In this document: positions 26,203-32,000 of the stretch, one piece after another | Layout of the letters: each line of letters begins with the position of its first letter | How positions within the stretch are numbered: position 1 is the stretch's first letter | From: Propionibacterium freudenreichii subsp. freudenreichii | Lineage (GTDB): Bacteria; Actinomycetota; Actinomycetes; Propionibacteriales; Propionibacteriaceae | Reading direction: 5' to 3' | Length of the DNA: 32,000 nucleotides | NCBI RefSeq assembly: GCF_000940845.1 | Contig: NZ_CP010341.1 | Span: 360,001 to 392,000 of the forward strand | Made by a program: the position numbers and the translations under genes | The notes under the pieces: model-generated | What the model was told of the DNA's origin: nothing | Databases searched by the model: none | Seen by the model: the letters and a program-made list of their open reading frames with translations, nothing else

Positions 26203-29200
26203 GTGGCGACGGTCAGGACGATCCAGGATGTGATCGAGGAGTTCGGCTGCGAGCCGTCTGCGGTGGTGAGGGGGACTCGGTTTGAGGAGTTGATGGCTGG
26301 CTACTTCGCCGCCGACGCCACTCTGGCGGCGACCTATGACGAGGTGTTCCGGTGGCCCGAGTGGTCGCACAATGAGGGCACTCATGACACGGGGATCGAT
26401 CTGGTGGCTCGCGAACGCGAGTCGGGACACTGGACGGCGATCCAGTGCAAGTTCTACGACCCGCGTCATCGGTTGCAGAAGGCCGACATCGACTCCTTCT
26501 TCACGGCCTCGGGGAAACGCTGGGACGGTGTCGCGTTCACCAACCGGATCATCATCTCCACCACGGATCGGTGGTCGCGGCATGCCGAGGATGCGCTGCG
26601 TAATCAGAGCGTGCCTGTCCAGCGGATCGGGATGGCCGATATTGCTGAGTCTCGTGTGGACTGGATGTTCCATTCCGATGACCCGTTGGGGTTCACTCCG
26701 CGCAAGGCTGTCCGGTTCGGGTTGCGGCCTCATCAGAGGGAGGCCATTGATGCGATCCAGGCTGGCTTCGAGTCTCATGATCGGGGTCAGTGGATCTCGG
26801 CGTGTGGGACGGGTAAGACGTTCACGTCGTTGAAGTTGGCCGAGCGGCGTTGCGCCGATAACGAGGGGCATTTGACGGTGTTGTTCCTGGCGCCGTCGAT
26901 CTCGTTGGTCTCCCAGAGTCTGCGGGAGTGGCTGGCCCAGTCGCAGACCCCGATCCGCCCGTTCGTGGTGTGTTCGGACACCAAGGCCAGTCGTCAGGCC
27001 GAGGACATCACCGTTCACGACATCCCGCTGCCCACCACTGACCCGGACCGGCTGGTCGCCGAGATGGCTCGTGGTGGGCGGCGGGGCCGGCAGATGACGG
27101 TGGTCTTCTCGACCTACCAGTCCATCGACGTGGTGGCCCGGGCGCTCAAGCAGTCGGGGGCGGGCCCGTTCGATCTGGTTCTGTGTGATGAGGCCCATCG
27201 GACCACCGGTGTGACCCTGGCTGGTGACACGGGGGAGTCGGCGTTCATCAAGGTCCACGACAACGCCTATCTGCCGGCGGTCAAGCGGTTGTACATGACC
27301 GCGACCCCCAGGATTTATGGCACCGATGTGAAGAAGAAGGCCGATGACGCGGCCGCGGTGTTGACCTCGATGGACGACGAGGCGATGTTCGGGCCGGTGT
27401 TCCACCGCCTGGGCTTCGGGCAGGCTGTGGAGCGGGGCCTGCTGTCGGACTACAAGGTGATGATCCTGGCGGTCGCCAACGACGCCATCGACCCGGACAT
27501 GCAGGCCTCCCTGGCCGGTGAGGGCCACGAGTTGAGCCTGGACGACGCGGCGAAGATCGTGGGGTGCTGGAACGGGCTGGCCAAACGCACCACCGACAAC
27601 GACTTCGGCGACCATCCGACGCCCATGCAGCGGGCGGTGGCGTTCGCCGCCAACATCAAGGCCTCCAAGGCGTTCGCCGGGGCGCTGCCCCAGGTCGTCG
27701 ACCAGGTCATCGGTGATGATGCGGCGTTGCAGGTCGACGCCCACCACGTCGACGGCACGATGAACGCGCTGACCCGAGGCGAGGAGCTGGCCTGGCTCAA
27801 GGCCCCGGTCCCGGAGGGGGAGTGCCGGATTCTGTCGAATGCCCGGTGCCTGGCCGAGGGTGTGGATGTGCCGGCGTTGGATGCGGTGTTGTTCCTGTCC
27901 CCGCGTAACTCGCTGGTCGACGTCGTACAGTCGGTGGGCCGGGTGATGCGCAAGGCCCCGGGCAAGGACTACGGGTATGTCATCTTGCCGGTGGCGATCG
28001 ATGCCAGTGAGAAACCGGAGGTTGCGCTGCGCGACAACAAACGGTTCAAGGTCGTCTGGGACGTGCTGAACGCCCTGCGGGCCCACGATGACCGTTTCGA
28101 GGCGATGATCAACACCATCGACCTGGACCACAGCACCGGCGGCAAGGTCTCCATCGACGTGTTCTCCCCCCACGGTGGCCCCGCCGACGATGACAACCGG
28201 CTGGACGGCGCGCAGCCGGTGAACCCGTTCGCCGGCACCCAGCCGCTGCTGGTGGGGTCGGATCTGTGGCGTGAGGCGATCCTGGGCCGGATCGTGAAGA
28301 AGTGCGGCCAGCGGGAGTACTGGGAGTCGTGGGCCGATGACGTGGTGGCCATCCACGCCAACCAGGTCCGCCGCATCACCGGCATCATTGCCGCCGCCCG
28401 CCGTGACGGGGCGCCGGTCGCCGGCCAGTTCGACATGTTCCTTCAAGGCCTGCGGGCCAACCTCAACGAGTCGATCGACGCGGCTCAGGCCGTTGACATG
28501 ATCTCCCAGCACCTGATCACCCGGCCCGTGTTCCAGGCGCTGTTCCCGGCGGGGTCGTTCGCCGAGCGCAACCCGGTCTCGATCACGATGGGACAGATGG
28601 CCACCGCCCTGGAAGGCTACGGACTGGCCGCAGAGACCGCAAGGTTGGACCGGTTCTACGACTCGGTGGGCCGCCGCGCCGCCCAGATCCGCACACCGGA
28701 GGGCCGCCAGAGTGTCATCCACCAGCTCTATGAGCAGTTCTTCCGCACAGCCTTCCCCGCGCAGTCGTCCTCGCTGGGGGTGGTGTACACCCCGGTGCCG
28801 ATCGTCGACTTCATCCTGCGAGCCGCCGACCAGGTGTGCCGCGACCAGTTCGGCTACGGCATCACCGATCCCGGTGTCCACGTCCAGGACCCGTTCACCG
28901 GCACCGGGACGTTCATCGTGCGGCTGTTGCAGTCGGGCATCATCAAACCGGCGGACCTGGCTCGCAAGTACACCGGGGAGTTGTGGGCCAATGAGTACAT
29001 GCTGCTGGCCTACTACATCGCCGCAGTCAACATCGAGACGACCTACCAGGCCCTCGTCGCCGCCCAGCACCCGGACCGGGCGGTGGACTATGTGCCGTTC
29101 CCCGGTGTCACGTTGACCGACACATTCCAGATCACCGAGAAGGGCGACCGGGTCGACACGAGCCTCATCCCGGTCAACAACCAGCGGATCGAGGCCCAGC

Positions 29201-29901
29201 TGGCCGCCCCGATCAAAATCATCGTGGGCAACCCGCCCTACCGCGCCGGCCAGGACTCGGCCAACGACAACAACGCCAACCTGTCCTACCCGACCCTCGA
29301 CGCCCGGATCGCCGCCACGTATGCGGCCCAGTCCACCGCGACGAACAAGAACAGCCTCTACGACTCCTACATCCGGGCATTCCGGTGGGCCACCGACCGT
29401 CTCGGGGACCAGGGGGTTGTCGCATTCGTGACCAACAACGGCTGGCTGGACGGCAACACCGCCGACGGAATCCGCAAGACCTTCCAGACAGAGTTCTCCG
29501 ACATCTGGATCTACAACCTCCGAGGCAACGCCAGGACAGCAGGCGACGCCAGAAAACGCGAGGGGGGCGGCGTGTTCAACTCGGGCTCACGAGCCGGTGT
29601 CGCAGTCCTGGTCGCCGCCAAGAACCCCCACCAGACCGGCTGTCACATCCACTACCACCAGGTGCCGGACTACCAGTCACGTGAGGACAAACTCGACGAC
29701 ATCACCGACGCCACCTTGACCACCACCGGCTGGACCACCATCACACCCAACACGGACGGGGACTGGCTCAACCAACGCAACCCCGCCTTCCAATCCTTCA
29801 CGCCGATCGCCGACGAACCAGGAGCCATGTTCACCAGCCACTCAGCCGGCGTGCAGACCAACCGTGATGCGTGGTGCTACAACTTCAGCCACCAGGCCGT
29901 C
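26203..29901 (+). pseudogene. Type ISP restriction-modification enzyme (LlaGI/LlaBIII-like), 5' portion: Mrr-like nuclease, SF2 helicase-like ATPase, N6-adenine methyltransferase. Truncated by IS insertion.
   Basis: The nuclease motif is DTGIDLVARERESGHWTAIQCKFY. Helicase motif I is SACGTGKTF and motif II is LVLCDEAHRT. Methyltransferase motif I is DPFTGTGTFIV and motif IV is IVGNPPYRAG. I preferred GTG 26203 as start because GGAAGGGA lies 7 nt upstream (the track ORF starts at 26086). The frame is closed by a TGA made from the first bases of the IS. Confidence 0.85.
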
Positions 29902-29955
29902 TGAAGCGCCCTGAGTTTGTTGGAGACTCCTGACCTTGGAAACGAGGATGGGGTT

Positions 29956-30300
29956 ATGCCGAAGGAACTGGCGAATGGGAAGCCGACGACGCGTCGCTAC
30001 TCGGTCGAGGAGAAGGCCGCCGCGGTGCGGATGGTGAGGACGCTGCGCGCGGAGCTGGGCGTCACGCAGGGGACGGTGCAGCGGGTCGCGACGCAGCTCG
30101 GTTACGGGGTCGAGTCCGTGCGGATGTGGGTCAAGCAGGCCGACGTCGACGACGGTGTCGTCCCCGGTGTGAGCTCGGCGGAGGAGCAGCGGGTGAAAGA
30201 GCTCGAGCAAGAGAATCGGGAGCTGCGCCGGGCCAACGAGGTGCTGAAACGGGCGGCGTCTTTCTTCGGGGCGGAGCTCGACCGCCACTACCGGAAGTAG
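29956..30300 (+). CDS. IS3 transposase OrfA (HTH and leucine zipper)
   Basis: ATG 29956 is preceded by GAGGA. It has an HTH (YSVEEKAAAVRMV...GTVQRVATQLGYGVESVRMWVKQ) and a coiled coil (EEQRVKELEQENRELRRANEVLKRAASFF). The track ORF starts at TTG 29917. Confidence 0.85.
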   Translation: MPKELANGKPTTRRYSVEEKAAAVRMVRTLRAELGVTQGTVQRVATQLGYGVESVRMWVKQADVDDGVVPGVSSAEEQRVKELEQENRELRRANEVLKRAASFFGAELDRHYRK

Positions 30301-31220
30301 TCGCGTTCATCGACGCGAACAAGGACGACGTCGTGGACGGTCGCCGGCTCGGAGTCGAGCTCATCTGCAGACTGTTGCAGGTGGCTCCGAGCAGCTACTA
30401 CGCCGCCAAGACCCGTGCGCCCTCTGCCCGTGCGCTGCGTGACGAGGAACTGATCCCGCAGCTGGTCGAGATCTGGGAGGCCAACTACCGCGTCTACGGG
30501 GTCCGCAAGCTCTGGAAGGCTGCCCGGCGTGGGGGCATCATGATCGGCCGCGACCAGACTGCGAGGCTGATGCGCGCCGCAGGGATCGAAGGTGCGAGGC
30601 GGTCGAAGCGGGTGAAGACCACGCGGCCGGACCCGGCGTCGTCGCGGCACCCGGACCTGGTCAAGCGGGAGTTCACCGCGACGGCACCGAACCGGCTCTG
30701 GGTGACCGATCTGACATTCGTGCCCACCTGGGCTGGCGTCGCCTACGTCTGCTTCATCATCGACGCGTTCTCCCGGATGATCGTGGGGTGGCGGGTCGCG
30801 TCACATATGCGCACCGAGATGGTCCTCGACGCGATCGAGATGGCGCGCTGGTCCCGAGGCGCCCACCATGAGGATCTGCGGTGTCACAGCGACGCGGGCT
30901 GTCAATTCACATCGATTCGCTACGGCGAACGCCTCGCAGAGATCGGTGCGACACCCTCGATCGGGACCGTCGGCGATTCGTATGACAACGCCCTGGCCGA
31001 GACGGTGAACGGCTACTACAAGGCCGAGTTGGTTCGCGGGCCCACCCGCTCGGGACCGTGGAAGACGGTCGAGGATCTCGAGCTCGCGACGCTCGGCTGG
31101 GTGCCCTGGCACAACACGCAGCGCCTCCACGGATACCTCGGAGACGTCCCACCCGCCGAGTTCGAGAACGTGTTCTATGCTGTCCCCAACGACAGCAATC
31201 TGCTGATCGGAATCAAATAG
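30126..31220 (+). CDS. IS3 transposase OrfB (DDE/rve integrase core), in the -1 frame relative to OrfA
   Basis: rve-domain motifs are present: LWVTDLTFVPT, HSDAGCQFTS, YDNALAETVNGYYKAE. The frame is -1 relative to OrfA and overlaps its 3' end. The functional N-terminal boundary is presumably a frameshift near 30240-30300. Confidence 0.85.
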   Translation: MGQAGRRRRRCRPRCELGGGAAGERARARESGAAPGQRGAETGGVFLRGGARPPLPEVVAFIDANKDDVVDGRRLGVELICRLLQVAPSSYYAAKTRAPSARALRDEELIPQLVEIWEANYRVYGVRKLWKAARRGGIMIGRDQTARLMRAAGIEGARRSKRVKTTRPDPASSRHPDLVKREFTATAPNRLWVTDLTFVPTWAGVAYVCFIIDAFSRMIVGWRVASHMRTEMVLDAIEMARWSRGAHHEDLRCHSDAGCQFTSIRYGERLAEIGATPSIGTVGDSYDNALAETVNGYYKAELVRGPTRSGPWKTVEDLELATLGWVPWHNTQRLHGYLGDVPPAEFENVFYAVPNDSNLLIGIK

Positions 31221-31251
31221 CGCGAGTCTCCATCAGACCCAGGGCGCTTCA

Positions 31252-32000
31252 GTCGAGGCCAACATGACCCGCATGATCGACTACTACAATCAACAGGCTT
31301 CAACCTGCGACGGAGAAGAGCAAAACCTCGACCGTGATCCCACCAAGATCAGCTGGTCATCCAGTCTCGTTCCCCGTGCCCTCCGCGGAGAATTGAGAGA
31401 GTTCCGAAAAGACTCAATACGAACGGGCCTCTACAGGCCGTTCTCAAAGCAAGCAGTCTACTTTGACTCCGTCTTCAATCATCGCCCCGGCAAGAGCGCT
31501 GCATACTTCCCCACCCCCGCACACGACAACATCGGCTTCTATCTTGTGGGAGTGGGTTCCGCGGTCCCGTTCAGTGCGGTCGCGATTGACTGCCTCCCGG
31601 ATCTCCATGTGACGGGGGCCGGAAGCGGCGGCCAGTTCTTCCCTCGCTGGACCTATGAGCGGGCCGATAGCGGCGACCAGGACGTCCTGCCTGCCCCCGA
31701 CGAGACCGTCGACGAGTGGGGCTACCGGCGCGTCGACAACATCACCGACCAAGCGCTCAAGGCTTATCGCGACGCGTTCGGCGCGCAGGTGTCCAAGGAT
31801 GACATCTTCTACTACGTCTACGCCGTCCTCCACTCGCCGCAGTACCGCACGGCGTTCGCCGCAGACCTCAAGCGCATGCTGCCCCGGATCCCGCTGGCCG
31901 CCTCCCGAGACGACTTCGAGCGGTTCGTCGATGCCGGGACCAGGCTGATTGATCTGCACGTCAACTATGAGTCGGTGGACCCGTACCCGCTGGTCGAACA
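31252..32000 (+). pseudogene. Type ISP restriction-modification enzyme, 3' portion (coupler / target-recognition region), continues past the window end
   Basis: My hand translation from 31252 is open to nt 32000: VEANMTRMIDYYNQQ...GLYRPFSKQAVYFDSVFNHRPGK...GGQFFPRWTYE...DDIFYYVYAVLHSPQYRTAFAADLKRMLPRIPL.... It is in frame with 26203..29901 once the IS and one GTC copy are removed. This ORF is not listed in the supplied track. Confidence 0.8.

Larger units (their letters stand above)
29902..31251 (+). mobile_element. IS3-family insertion sequence (1350 bp) inserted in the Type ISP gene
   Basis: The 28-bp terminal inverted repeats are TGAAGCGCCCTGAGTTTGTTGGAGACTC (29902-29929) and the reverse complement of 31224-31251 (TGAAGCGCCCTGGGTCTGATGGAGACTC), 25/28 identical with TG...CA ends. 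A 3-bp direct repeat GTC flanks the element (29899-29901 and 31252-31254). Confidence 0.92.

Noticed and set aside
26011-29070. 1019-aa minus-strand ORF opposite the Type ISP gene, with similar cases at 9822..11279 (+), 14843..16246 (-), 15445..16383 (+), 16411..17625 (+), 20681..21889 (-) and 22136..23287 (-)
   Set aside because: All lie antisense to genes with clear family signatures and encode Arg/Gly/Pro/His-rich sequence that looks like nonsense.

Overview
High-GC actinobacterial chromosomal segment. The organism guess (Propionibacteriaceae-like, from the SLH-anchored surface protein and codon style) is inference only.

The left two thirds (1-21.9 kb) look like core genome:
- a 5'-open FHA-domain protein, then ribokinase
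- a PhoR/PhoP-like two-component pair
- the metQNI methionine ABC importer
- an SLH-anchored surface protein gene broken by one in-frame TAG
- PadR followed by an ABC1/UbiB kinase
- a thiamine salvage operon, thiM-thiE-thiD-cytX, behind a clear TPP riboswitch
- an AroP-like amino-acid permease and a CDF metal exporter

The right third (about 21.9-32 kb) is a decayed mobile/defence island:
- an ImmA/IrrE-like protein with its HExxH zinc motif lost
- an internally deleted ISL3 element
- a visibly AT-richer orphan segment
- a toxin-first toxin-antitoxin pair with an RHH antitoxin
- a single-polypeptide Type ISP restriction-modification gene (nuclease-helicase-methyltransferase) split by an IS3-family element. 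Inverted repeats and a 3-bp target duplication are intact, so the original frame can be rebuilt exactly.

Several intergenic regions consist of unusual tandem repeats: a 17-bp array upstream of rbsK, and 39-bp and 31-bp repeats downstream of it. A Met/Cys-rich mini-ORF sits in the long leader of metQNI.

I found no CRISPR array, rRNA or tRNA. Many long ORFs in the track are antisense shadow ORFs typical of high-GC DNA. I see no single obviously new multi-gene system. The best candidates for follow-up are the orphan segment at 24.6-25.5 kb, the degenerate ImmA-like gene, and the repeat arrays.
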